Part shown: positions 20,885 through 28,862 of the stretch, piece by piece
Layout of the letters: every line of letters begins with the position of its first letter
Numbering within the stretch: the stretch's first letter is position 1
Assembly: GCA_963665075.1 (NCBI GenBank)
Contig: OY762063.1
Coordinates: 145,040-209,039, forward strand
Direction of reading: 5' to 3'
DNA from: Dehalococcoidia bacterium
Lineage (GTDB): Bacteria; Chloroflexota; Dehalococcoidia; Lucifugimonadales; GCA-2712585
Length of the DNA stretch: 64,000 bases
Position numbers and translations under genes: made by a program
The notes under the pieces: model-generated
Told to the model about the DNA's origin: nothing
The model's input: only the letters and a program-made list of their open reading frames with translations
Database searches by the model: none

Positions 20885-21050
20885 TGGATATGGATTCCCG
20901 CCTGCGCGGGAATGACGGGGTGGGCAAGGGAATGACGGGGTGGGTAAGGGAATGACGGGGTGGGTAAGGGTCTGGCGGGGTGAGTAAGGGAATGACGGGG
21001 TGGGCAAGGGTCTGGCGGGGTGGGTAAGGGTCTGACGGATTGGGGAAGGG
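20885..21050 (+). repeat. A hairpin followed by ~7 tandem 20-bp units (GGGAATGACGGGGTGGGCAA and GGGTCTGGCGGGGTGGGTAA variants)
   Basis: Unit starts at 20908, 20928, 20948, 20968, 20988, 21008 and 21028. The array ends exactly at the lipA stop codon (21051). Confidence 0.85.
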
Positions 21051-21926
21051 CTAGGCAATGTCTGCGGCGTCGTGTTGTTCGTCGGCGTGGTAGGAACTGC
21101 GGACAAGGGGGCCTGAGGCCACGTGCTTGAAGCCGAGGCTCTTGCCGACGGCGGCTAATTCGTCGAATTCCGACGGGGTGTAGAATCTGTCGATGGGCAG
21201 GTGGTCTTTTGAAGGACGGAGATACTGTCCGATGGTGAGCAGGTCGCAGCCAACGGCGCGCAAGTCCTTCATTGTTTCAACGACGTCGCTGGCAGCCTCG
21301 CCCATGCCGACGATGATGCCGGACTTGGTGGGGATGTCCGGCGCTATTTCCTTGGAGCGGCGCAGGAGGCGGAGGGATTGTTCGTAATCGCCGCGGGGCC
21401 GTACCTTCGGGAAGATTTGCCGCACGGACTCGATGTTGTGGTTGAGCACCGCCGGGCCGGCTTCCAACACTCGTCGCAGGGCCAAGTCCGACCCCTCGAA
21501 GTCGGGAATGAGCACTTCGACCCGGCAGGTTGGCAGCACTTTCCGAATCTCGCGGATGCACATGGCGAAGATGAGGGCGCCGCCGTCGGCCAGGTCGTCT
21601 CGGTTGACGGAGGTTATGACGCAGTAGTTTAGTCCCATGCGCTTGACCGTCTTGGCGAGACGCTGCGGTTCGCCGACGTCCAGCCCCGACGGGCGGCCCG
21701 TGGTGACGGCGCAGTAGCGGCAGGCGCGGGTGCAGATGTCGCCCAGAATCATAAAGGTGGCGCTGCGGCGTTCCCAGCAGTCGCCGATGTTCGGACATCG
21801 TGCCTCCTCGCAGACGGTGTGCAGTTCCGAACTCCGCATGAGGCGCTTCAGCTGACGGTAGTTGGACCCGCCCGGCATTGGCACCTTGAACCATTCGGGC
21901 AGGCGGGGCCTCGCCTGGGTGGTCAT
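21051..21926 (-). CDS. lipA: lipoyl synthase
   Basis: Two Cys clusters, CEEARCPNIGDCW and CTRACRYCAV (radical SAM). I set the start at ATG 21926, which overlaps the gmk stop (ATGA). Confidence 0.94.
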   Translation of the reverse strand: MTTQARPRLPEWFKVPMPGGSNYRQLKRLMRSSELHTVCEEARCPNIGDCWERRSATFMILGDICTRACRYCAVTTGRPSGLDVGEPQRLAKTVKRMGLNYCVITSVNRDDLADGGALIFAMCIREIRKVLPTCRVEVLIPDFEGSDLALRRVLEAGPAVLNHNIESVRQIFPKVRPRGDYEQSLRLLRRSKEIAPDIPTKSGIIVGMGEAASDVVETMKDLRAVGCDLLTIGQYLRPSKDHLPIDRFYTPSEFDELAAVGKSLGFKHVASGPLVRSSYHADEQHDAADIA

Positions 21927-22552
21927 GGAATCTCCACCCGCCGCGGCGGGATGCGGCACTTCTCCGCCGTGACGATGGCGTCGATGCAGAAGGCGGCCAG
22001 GTCCAGCCGCCGGTTGTGATTGACTACCCTGTATTGGAAGTCGTCCATAGCTTTCATCTCGCCGCGAGCGGCTTCGGTGCGGAGACGGAGGCTTTCCAAA
22101 GACTCGCTCTTGCGAAACCGCAGCCTCCGCTCAAGCTCTTCTATGGAAGGCGGGGCGAGGAAAATCATCAGGGCGTTCTTGACCTCTGCCCGGACGGTGG
22201 CGGCGCCCTGGATGTCCAGCTTCACGAAAACGTCCTTGCCCTTGGCGAGGGCGTCCTTCACCTGCTGCTTGGGGACGCCGTACCAGTTGCCGTAAACCTC
22301 GGCGCACTCCAGGAACTGCTCGCCCTGGCGCATGTGCTCGAACTCATCCCTGTCGAGGAACAGATAGTCGATGCCGTTGCGCTCGGAGCGACGGCGGGGG
22401 CGGGTGGTGGCCGTCACGACGAAATGCCAAGGCCGGTCAAGTTCCCTCATGTACTGGAAGACGGCGTCTTTACCGACGCCGGAAGGCCCCGAAACCACCA
22501 CCAGCAGGGGGTTGCCGAACCTGTCGGGATAGTCGGGGTTAATCCAGTCCAA
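21923..22552 (-). CDS. gmk: guanylate kinase
   Basis: P-loop VVSGPSGVGKDAV, then TTRPRRRSERNGIDYLF. Confidence 0.93.
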   Translation of the reverse strand: MDWINPDYPDRFGNPLLVVVSGPSGVGKDAVFQYMRELDRPWHFVVTATTRPRRRSERNGIDYLFLDRDEFEHMRQGEQFLECAEVYGNWYGVPKQQVKDALAKGKDVFVKLDIQGAATVRAEVKNALMIFLAPPSIEELERRLRFRKSESLESLRLRTEAARGEMKAMDDFQYRVVNHNRRLDLAAFCIDAIVTAEKCRIPPRRVEIP

Positions 22553-22582
22553 GGCTAGCTCTCAAAGGGTGTTCTAACTCGC

Positions 22583-23593
22583 TTATCGGCGCTTCTTCTT
22601 GTCGTCTTCGTCTTCGCCCATAAGCCCGGTTGTGGCCCTGCTGCCGAACATCAACGTGGCCGCCGTTCGTCCGAAAGACAACGGCTTGGGGCGTTCGTAA
22701 TCGGCTCTGGCCCAGGGGGTGATGACGCCGTCGAGCCACTTTTCCCGCTCTTCGAAGGCCGTCTCGAACAGGTCGTAGAGGGGCTGCGACGGTTCGTCCT
22801 GTCTGATGATTCCCTTGATGCGCTCAAGCTCCAATATGAATTCGTTGATCCAGTGGATGATTCCTTCCTTGTTGGTGAGACACACGTCCCGGTGCATGGC
22901 GGAATCGCCGGAGGCGAGGCGCGAAACGTCTCGAAAGCCGGAGGAGGCCAGATGGCTGATGTCTCCCCACTGGGGACTCCTGGAGGTGGCGCCGATCAGG
23001 GCGGCGGAGAGAACGAAGGGCAGGTGGCTCACCGCGCCGACGAAGCTGTCGTGCTCCTGGGCGTCGATGAAGAAGGGCTTGGCGCCCATAGCGGAGGTGA
23101 GGTCAACGATGGTGGTGACGCCCTTCTGGCTGGCGCCGGGGCTGGGGACGATGCAGTAGGGCCTGTCGTTGAACATGTCGGCGTCGGCGTTGTCCGGGCC
23201 GGGGGTTTCACGGCCCGCCATCGGGTGGCCGCCGACGAAGTCCACGTGGTCGGGGAGGTGCTCCTTCGCCCACTCCAGGACTTCCGCCTTGGTGCCGCCG
23301 GTGTCGGAAACGATGGTGCGGTCTTCGTTGCGACGAAGGTGGGGGCCGATGTGCTCCATCACGTCCTTGATGGCCATGACGGGGGTGGCGATGAAGACCA
23401 TGCTGGCGTCTCTGACGGCGGCGGTCATGTTGTTTTCCACCCGGTCGACGGCCTTCATGCTCTTGGCCTTGTTGGCGCGATACCGCTCCAGGTCCGTGCC
23501 GACAATCCGGATGTTCTTGATGCCCACCTTCTTGATGGCGAGGCCGAGGGAGGTGCCGATGAGGCCGGTGCCGATTATGGTTATGGTGTCCAT
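22583..23593 (-). CDS. tyrA: prephenate/arogenate dehydrogenase
   Basis: ITIIGTGLIGTSLGLAIKK Rossmann motif and GGHPMAGRE catalytic region. Confidence 0.9.
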   Translation of the reverse strand: MDTITIIGTGLIGTSLGLAIKKVGIKNIRIVGTDLERYRANKAKSMKAVDRVENNMTAAVRDASMVFIATPVMAIKDVMEHIGPHLRRNEDRTIVSDTGGTKAEVLEWAKEHLPDHVDFVGGHPMAGRETPGPDNADADMFNDRPYCIVPSPGASQKGVTTIVDLTSAMGAKPFFIDAQEHDSFVGAVSHLPFVLSAALIGATSRSPQWGDISHLASSGFRDVSRLASGDSAMHRDVCLTNKEGIIHWINEFILELERIKGIIRQDEPSQPLYDLFETAFEEREKWLDGVITPWARADYERPKPLSFGRTAATLMFGSRATTGLMGEDEDDKKKRR

Positions 23594-23629
23594 GCAATTC
23601 CCTTTTTCGAGTTTGGCTTCGTTGCTTTC

Positions 23630-24397
23630 CTAATCGTCGTCGTGGTCGTGGTCGTCTTGATGGGCGCGGTCGCTGAGTCCGGCGGGTATGAGGGCGTTGG
23701 CCCTTTCCGAGCGGGGCTTGCGCTGGCGAGGCAGTTCGACGAGCCGCTGCTTCATTGCCTTCAATTTGGCCTGCGTCGAGTTCTCCGGGTTGACCACTAT
23801 GGCGTCCACGCCCACGTCGCGGAGGGCTTCCAGTTCTTTGGAGGAGACGGCTACGGGGACTTCCACGAGCAGGTATTTGTCGAACATGGCGCGAAGGGAG
23901 CCGATTTGGATGAGATGCCGGAGGGTGAGGGGGCCATCGGCGTCCAGAGAGACGAAGGCGGCGCTGATGGGCAGGTCTTCCAGGGCGCGGAGGAATGCGT
24001 CGCTGGCGTCTGTGGGTAGGGACAAGAGAAAGGCGGCCCGGTCGTCCTTGGTCGCCTCCACGGTTGCGCCGTCGGGATTGACTAGGAAGAAGTCGCAGCC
24101 CTTCTTGACGAGGGCATTCGCGGCTTTGTCGTCCAAGTCGTCAGTCTGGACGCCCCAGGGCACGCTGCCCAGCGCGTCAGTTATAGAAGCGAGTTTCTTG
24201 TCTGTGCCCACGCTGCCCAGAATGGCGCCGTCCGCGTCCAAAACGGCCAATCGCCTGGCGCCTCTGAGGTTGTTCCTCGGCAGGATGCCGACGATGGCCA
24301 TCGTGGGGGTGCGGGCGGCGCGGGCGGAAGCGCCGAAGCCCATAGGCGCGGGCGACCCGCGGCTGATTTTCTCAATCCTGGATATAAGTTTGCTCAT
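23630..24397 (-). CDS. hypothetical protein (255 aa) with acidic His/Asp C-terminal tail
   Basis: Longest ORF in its interval, 36 nt upstream of tyrA on the same strand. It ends in AHQDDHDHDDD. No family recognised. Confidence 0.6.
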   Translation of the reverse strand: MSKLISRIEKISRGSPAPMGFGASARAARTPTMAIVGILPRNNLRGARRLAVLDADGAILGSVGTDKKLASITDALGSVPWGVQTDDLDDKAANALVKKGCDFFLVNPDGATVEATKDDRAAFLLSLPTDASDAFLRALEDLPISAAFVSLDADGPLTLRHLIQIGSLRAMFDKYLLVEVPVAVSSKELEALRDVGVDAIVVNPENSTQAKLKAMKQRLVELPRQRKPRSERANALIPAGLSDRAHQDDHDHDDD

Positions 24398-24556
24398 CTA
24401 ATCTCCCCAAAACCGGGTACGTGTATTGTGCCGTTGAAGGGCGCGCCCTGTCAATCGGCATCAGGCAACTCTTTCACGTCTGAGCATGGGAATTTCGCGG
24501 GGCAGAAGACGGATTAGGAAATTCATATCCATTCCATACGGAGTCGCTGGGTTTGC

Positions 24557-24585
24557 TTGACAATATATGGCGTTTAATGTCTACT
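24557..24585 (+). promoter_or_regulatory. candidate promoter for the solute-binding protein gene
   Basis: Perfect TTGACA (24557-24562), a 17-nt spacer, then a weak -10 TCTACT (24580-24585). This would give a ~110-nt leader before AGGAGG-ATG at 24697. Confidence 0.3.
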
Positions 24586-24696
24586 AGCCCCGTAGAGAAT
24601 TGCCTTGGGGGTGAAGCATTCTCCGAACCTCGCGATTGCTTCCTTGGGGATTCCGACTACGAACTCAACCCACACGAAATTCAGGAGGTGGTTAGA

Positions 24697-26886
24697 ATGA
24701 TGAAGATTTTCAAGCCAGGGTTGCGCTTAACGGCCCTGCTGCTCGCATTGGCGGTGGCGATGACGCTTGTGATTGCCGCTTGCGGCGGCGATGATGAACC
24801 GGATCCCACGCCTGCCGCGCCGGCAATAGACATGTCTGCCATCGGCGCTATGATAGGCGAGTCGACATCCGGCCTGTCAGCGGAGATCAGGCAAGCGATG
24901 GCCGAGGAAATAGCAAAGATACAACCGCCCCTTTCGGAAGACGAGATACGCTCGCTCATCGAGAGCGCGGTCAGCGAGAGCGCGCCGGAAGGCATCTCGA
25001 GCGCGGATATTCAGGCAATGGTGGACAGCGCAGTTGCCGCCGCAGCCGCGGAGGGAGTCACGCAGGAAGACGTGAGCGCGGCTATCGGCGCCGCGTTGGC
25101 CGCAGCGGCCGCCGGACAGGCGGAGCCGTTGAGCCAGGCCGACATCGAGCGGATAGTTCGCGCGGCGGTAGCGACGCCTGTCCCGACGCCCACGGCTGCA
25201 CCGACGGCAGTTCCCACGCCCGCCCCGACGCCTACGGCTATGGCGCCTAGGGTGCCGGTTTCGGCGAGGCTGGTACTGGCGGTGCCACCGCCTTCCCAGG
25301 AGGTGGGGGTCATGCACCTGGCGAACAACCTTACCAACTCCTTCCTGGTGCATTACGACCATCTGATAGCATCCGACCCGCAGACGGCTGCTTACAGCGC
25401 ACAGATAGCAACGGAGTGGGACACCTCGCCCAACGGCAGGGTATGGACGTTCAAGCTTCGCGACGACGTGCCATTCTATTCGAGAGATGGGTTGCCTTCC
25501 GGGTTTAATCTGACTTCGGAAGACGTGGTCTTCAGCTTCGATCTCCTCACGGGAGTCGGCACGGAAAGGGCCATTAACCCGGCAAACTGGGAAGGCTACG
25601 CAGGCAGAGCGGACAACCACAAGACCAATGGCGACTACGAAGTCATTTTTGACATGGACATCGTTCAATTGGACTTGCTGACTTTCATGTCCGACGAGGT
25701 GGAAAGCGGCATCTCGAGCAAGGCCTATTGGGAGGCCATCGGAGGCGAAGACGCCTATAACGAAAGGCCCATCGGCACGGGACCGTTCGCGCTTCTGGAA
25801 CTCAATCAGGGAGTCAATTACCTCTTCGCCCGCGTGGAGGACCACTGGCGGCATACGCCGTACTTCCACGAGTTGGAGATGAAGATGATACCGGAGTCTT
25901 CAACCAGACTGGCCTCCCTGCTTACGAGGGAGTCTCACCTGGCCGTGGTGCCAAGAGGCATCCATGAACAGGCAACGGCCGCGGGCATGTCGATCTACAG
26001 GGCAAGCATCCCCGGCGGTCACTACAACATGCGCCTGCCGTGGTACAAACCCGATAACTACGTAAGGCCGGACGGCTCAAAGGCCTATTCCGCCGGACCT
26101 GAAGGTCCTACGAAGGGATACGATCCCAACGACCCGCTGCGGGACACGCGGGTGCGCCGGGCGCTGATCATGGCAATGGACCGCAATGAAATCAATGACG
26201 TGTTCTTCCAGGGTCGGGCGATTCCGAACCCGATGGACTACTTCCCGCCGTGGTCGGACATCTTCAAGGACGAATGGGCGCCGTACCCCGGGCCTGACGG
26301 ATCCACAGGCGCTGCCGGCGGCTGGGACCATCCGCATGACGTCGAAGGCGCAAAGGCGCTTCTGGCGGAAGCGGGCTGGCCCGACGGCGGCTTCACCGTC
26401 ACCATCCACGTGCCGAACAACCACTCGCTGGTGCCGGAGATGCCGGACGTGGCCGAGCAGATTGGCGTCTACTGGAGCGAGATTGGCGTAGGAACGGAGT
26501 TCGTCTCCCTGACGAACCAGCAGGTGTTCGCGACGGCGTGGACGAGGGAGAAGCCCACCGCGGTCTACATGAACGTTTCGCCGAAGTCGGCCCATCCGTG
26601 CGTGGCGATGGTGTTCAACCGGTACGAGTCGGGACGGGGCTTCTTCGACTACGACGAGGTTTCGGAGTACAAGAACCGGTGCGACCAGATGGAAGACGCG
26701 GAGGAGCGTCGTCAGCTTACGCTGGACTTCGGGGACTGGTGGTACGAGCGCACGGTGAACTTCCCGATTCTGTGGGTGTTCCAGGAAGGCGCTTACAATC
26801 CAGGCGTACTGGAGGGCTACAGCGTGAACTTGCTGCATCACGCGCCGGTGCGCTACCACGAGTTCACCATGCCCGTTTATCAGTAG
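24697..26886 (+). CDS. ABC transporter substrate-binding lipoprotein, family 5 (peptide/nickel type) with long N-terminal repeat/linker
   Basis: I moved the start to ATG 24697 (AGGAGG upstream). Lipobox LVIAAC-GG. About 100 aa of 5 helical repeats plus a Pro/Thr linker are followed by an SBP_bac_5-like body (WTFKLRDDVPFYS, GTGPFALLE). Confidence 0.85.
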   Translation: MMKIFKPGLRLTALLLALAVAMTLVIAACGGDDEPDPTPAAPAIDMSAIGAMIGESTSGLSAEIRQAMAEEIAKIQPPLSEDEIRSLIESAVSESAPEGISSADIQAMVDSAVAAAAAEGVTQEDVSAAIGAALAAAAAGQAEPLSQADIERIVRAAVATPVPTPTAAPTAVPTPAPTPTAMAPRVPVSARLVLAVPPPSQEVGVMHLANNLTNSFLVHYDHLIASDPQTAAYSAQIATEWDTSPNGRVWTFKLRDDVPFYSRDGLPSGFNLTSEDVVFSFDLLTGVGTERAINPANWEGYAGRADNHKTNGDYEVIFDMDIVQLDLLTFMSDEVESGISSKAYWEAIGGEDAYNERPIGTGPFALLELNQGVNYLFARVEDHWRHTPYFHELEMKMIPESSTRLASLLTRESHLAVVPRGIHEQATAAGMSIYRASIPGGHYNMRLPWYKPDNYVRPDGSKAYSAGPEGPTKGYDPNDPLRDTRVRRALIMAMDRNEINDVFFQGRAIPNPMDYFPPWSDIFKDEWAPYPGPDGSTGAAGGWDHPHDVEGAKALLAEAGWPDGGFTVTIHVPNNHSLVPEMPDVAEQIGVYWSEIGVGTEFVSLTNQQVFATAWTREKPTAVYMNVSPKSAHPCVAMVFNRYESGRGFFDYDEVSEYKNRCDQMEDAEERRQLTLDFGDWWYERTVNFPILWVFQEGAYNPGVLEGYSVNLLHHAPVRYHEFTMPVYQ

Positions 26887-26909
26887 TCAGGAGTTTCGAG
26901 GTTAAGTTG

Positions 26910-27135
26910 GGATGGGGGTGGATGACAGCGATTTCCACCCCCATCCAAATCACCCTCACCTTAATCCTCTCCCTCAAGGGAGAGGAGAGGGAGATGGGCT
27001 TCCGCTCGACCCTTCGACAAGCTCAGGACAGGCTCAGGTGAGCGGGGGACTGGATTCCCGCCTGCGCGGGAATGACGGAGGGGGTGTGGGAATGACGAAG
27101 GGGGGTGCGGGATGACGAAGGGGGCGGGAATGACG
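26910..27135 (+). repeat. intergenic repeat cluster (9-bp-stem hairpin, B', C, A plus GGGAATGACG half-sites)
   Basis: GGGGGTGGA(26914-26922)/TCCACCCCC(26934-26942); B' CACCCTCACCTTAATCCTCTCCCTCAAGGGAGAGG at ~26950; C at ~27003; A at ~27051. Confidence 0.85.
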
Positions 27136-27219
27136 GAACCGGTATCAAGAGGGGCGTCGGGGCTGAGGCTCCGGCGCCCCTTCTACAACATCACCAAAGG
27201 CGACCATAAGGAGGTCCAA

Positions 27220-27939
27220 ATGATTGAGATTCAAGGAAAGATGGTCTACGAATCCCTGGAGGAAGTCATCGACCCCAGGCACACGGCGTTGATGATAATC
27301 GACATGCAGAACGGGCTGGCATCTCTGGAAGGATACACGGCGCGGCATGGCAAGTTCAGCATCGCCCACCAGCGGGAGATTCTGCCTCGCGTGCAGAAGA
27401 TGCTGAAGGCGGCGCGGGAACAGGACATCTGCATCGTCCACGTGCAGGTGGTGTTCGACAAGAACGGCGGCTCAAGTTCCCCAGCGTGGCTGTACATGAG
27501 CTCGCGGCTGCGGGATCTGGGCGCTTACTGGGGACACTCGATGGGGAACGACAGGCGCACCAGCCAGGAGGTGCTTATCGACGGCACGTGGGAGGCGGAG
27601 ATCATTCCCGAACTGGAACCGCTGCCCAACGAAATCGTCGTCAAGAAGCACCGAAACACGGCCTTCGTGAACACCCGCATGGATCAGATTCTCAAGTCCA
27701 ACCGGATAGATTCGCTGGTGGTGACGGGGACGAGCACCGCCGGATGCGTGCTGGCGACGTGCCTGGACGCGCTGTGGAACGACTACTACACGGTGGTAGT
27801 GTCGGACGCCATTGCCGACGGGTTCCCGGAACGGCACGAAGCGGGGGTGGCGATACTGCGTGAGAAGTTCGACATGCCGACCTGCGACGAGGTTTTGGGC
27901 ATCTGGGCGAAGCAGCGCGTGGGCGTGGCAGCGGCCTAG
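27220..27939 (+). CDS. isochorismatase-family cysteine hydrolase
   Basis: ALMIIDMQNG, and a catalytic Cys context LVVTGTSTAGCVLATCLDA. I moved the start to ATG 27220 (AAGGAGG upstream); the upstream track codons translate repeats. Confidence 0.85.
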   Translation: MIEIQGKMVYESLEEVIDPRHTALMIIDMQNGLASLEGYTARHGKFSIAHQREILPRVQKMLKAAREQDICIVHVQVVFDKNGGSSSPAWLYMSSRLRDLGAYWGHSMGNDRRTSQEVLIDGTWEAEIIPELEPLPNEIVVKKHRNTAFVNTRMDQILKSNRIDSLVVTGTSTAGCVLATCLDALWNDYYTVVVSDAIADGFPERHEAGVAILREKFDMPTCDEVLGIWAKQRVGVAAA

Positions 27940-28484
27940 CCGCTACCGACGTCCGGTTGGTCGAACAGGGAGCAGCCGGCGGCGAAGGGCGCCGACGTTG
28001 TGTTCAAGTCAAAAAGAATGCCGTCGACGGCATCCCGAATGAGACGGTCATATCTGGCCCGTCGCAAGGTCTTCCAGCGTCTTCCTTTGAAGACGGCGAC
28101 GCCTCCTGAAACGGCGACGGTGGCGTCGTAGACAACCCGGTGGCCCAGGGGAGTAAGTCCGTCCAGCCTCTTTTGCAACAGCCTGCGGCCTCTCAAGTCG
28201 ATGGAGAGGGCGCAGGTTACGCGTCCGGGCTGCCACGGCAAACGCAGTCTGACGTCAAAGCTCCGAAGCCCGGTAATTCGGCTTTCGACGCCGGAATCTT
28301 TGGGCTTGACGGATTCCTCCAGGGGGCGGAAGGGGCGGAATCCGTGCTGGCGAAGGGCGTGGACGAGCCTGGAGACAAGGGCTTCCATTGAGACGACGCG
28401 ACCGCGCCAGGTTCGCAACGGAGCCAGTTCAATCCCCTGAAGGGCGGAATACCGGCGGAAGCCTACCCGAACGTGGCGCGGCAT
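27936..28484 (-). CDS. hypothetical Arg-rich protein (~183 aa)
   Basis: Longest ORF in the interval. The N-terminal 69 track codons translate A/C repeats, so I moved the start tentatively to ATG 28484 (MPRHVRVG). It is convergent with the isochorismatase gene, and the two stops share a palindromic CTAG (27936-27939). Confidence 0.4.
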   Translation of the reverse strand: MPRHVRVGFRRYSALQGIELAPLRTWRGRVVSMEALVSRLVHALRQHGFRPFRPLEESVKPKDSGVESRITGLRSFDVRLRLPWQPGRVTCALSIDLRGRRLLQKRLDGLTPLGHRVVYDATVAVSGGVAVFKGRRWKTLRRARYDRLIRDAVDGILFDLNTTSAPFAAGCSLFDQPDVGSG

Positions 28485-28634
28485 CAAGGGCGCCCTGGGT
28501 GCAGTCCCTTGCTTGACGCCGAAATCACGGGCGTCGCTATGGGGCGAGCCGGAGCGGGTGGACCACGGTTTTATGTCAAGCGCCTTTGCCAATGCGGGGA
28601 GTATTATAGCGCGGGAGGGCTGGGTGAGGGAAGA

Positions 28635-28835
28635 TGAGACGGAATCCCGCTTTCGCGGGAACAAGGGGGAAGACGCTCGACCCTTCGACAAGCTCAGGGT
28701 GAGCGGGGGTATTGGGGGGACTGGATTCCGGCTTTCGCCGGAATGACGGATGTGGGTAGAGGGGGAAGGGAGAAGAGGGGAGTGGGTGGCTATTGGGGTG
28801 AGGTTCTTCGTCGCGGAGCCTCCTCAGAATGACAT
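28635..28835 (+). repeat. intergenic repeat cluster (degenerate A, C, A', F-type GTTCTTCGTCGCGGAGCCTCCTCAGAATGAC)
   Basis: A-like at 28641, C at 28673, A' (TTCCGGC-TTTC-GCCGGAA) at 28722, F at 28803-28832. Confidence 0.8.
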
Positions 28836-28862
28836 GGGGGCGCGAGGGGGAAGGGGGTGGGG

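Noticed and set aside
20908-21050. Possible CRISPR arrays, considered because of the regular 20-, 21-, 27- and 42-bp periodicities at 20908, 33973, 32112 and 29815.
   Set aside because: The units are directly head to tail with no unique spacers. The period is far below the CRISPR repeat-plus-spacer length, and no cas genes are in the window. They are minisatellites of the A/C modules.
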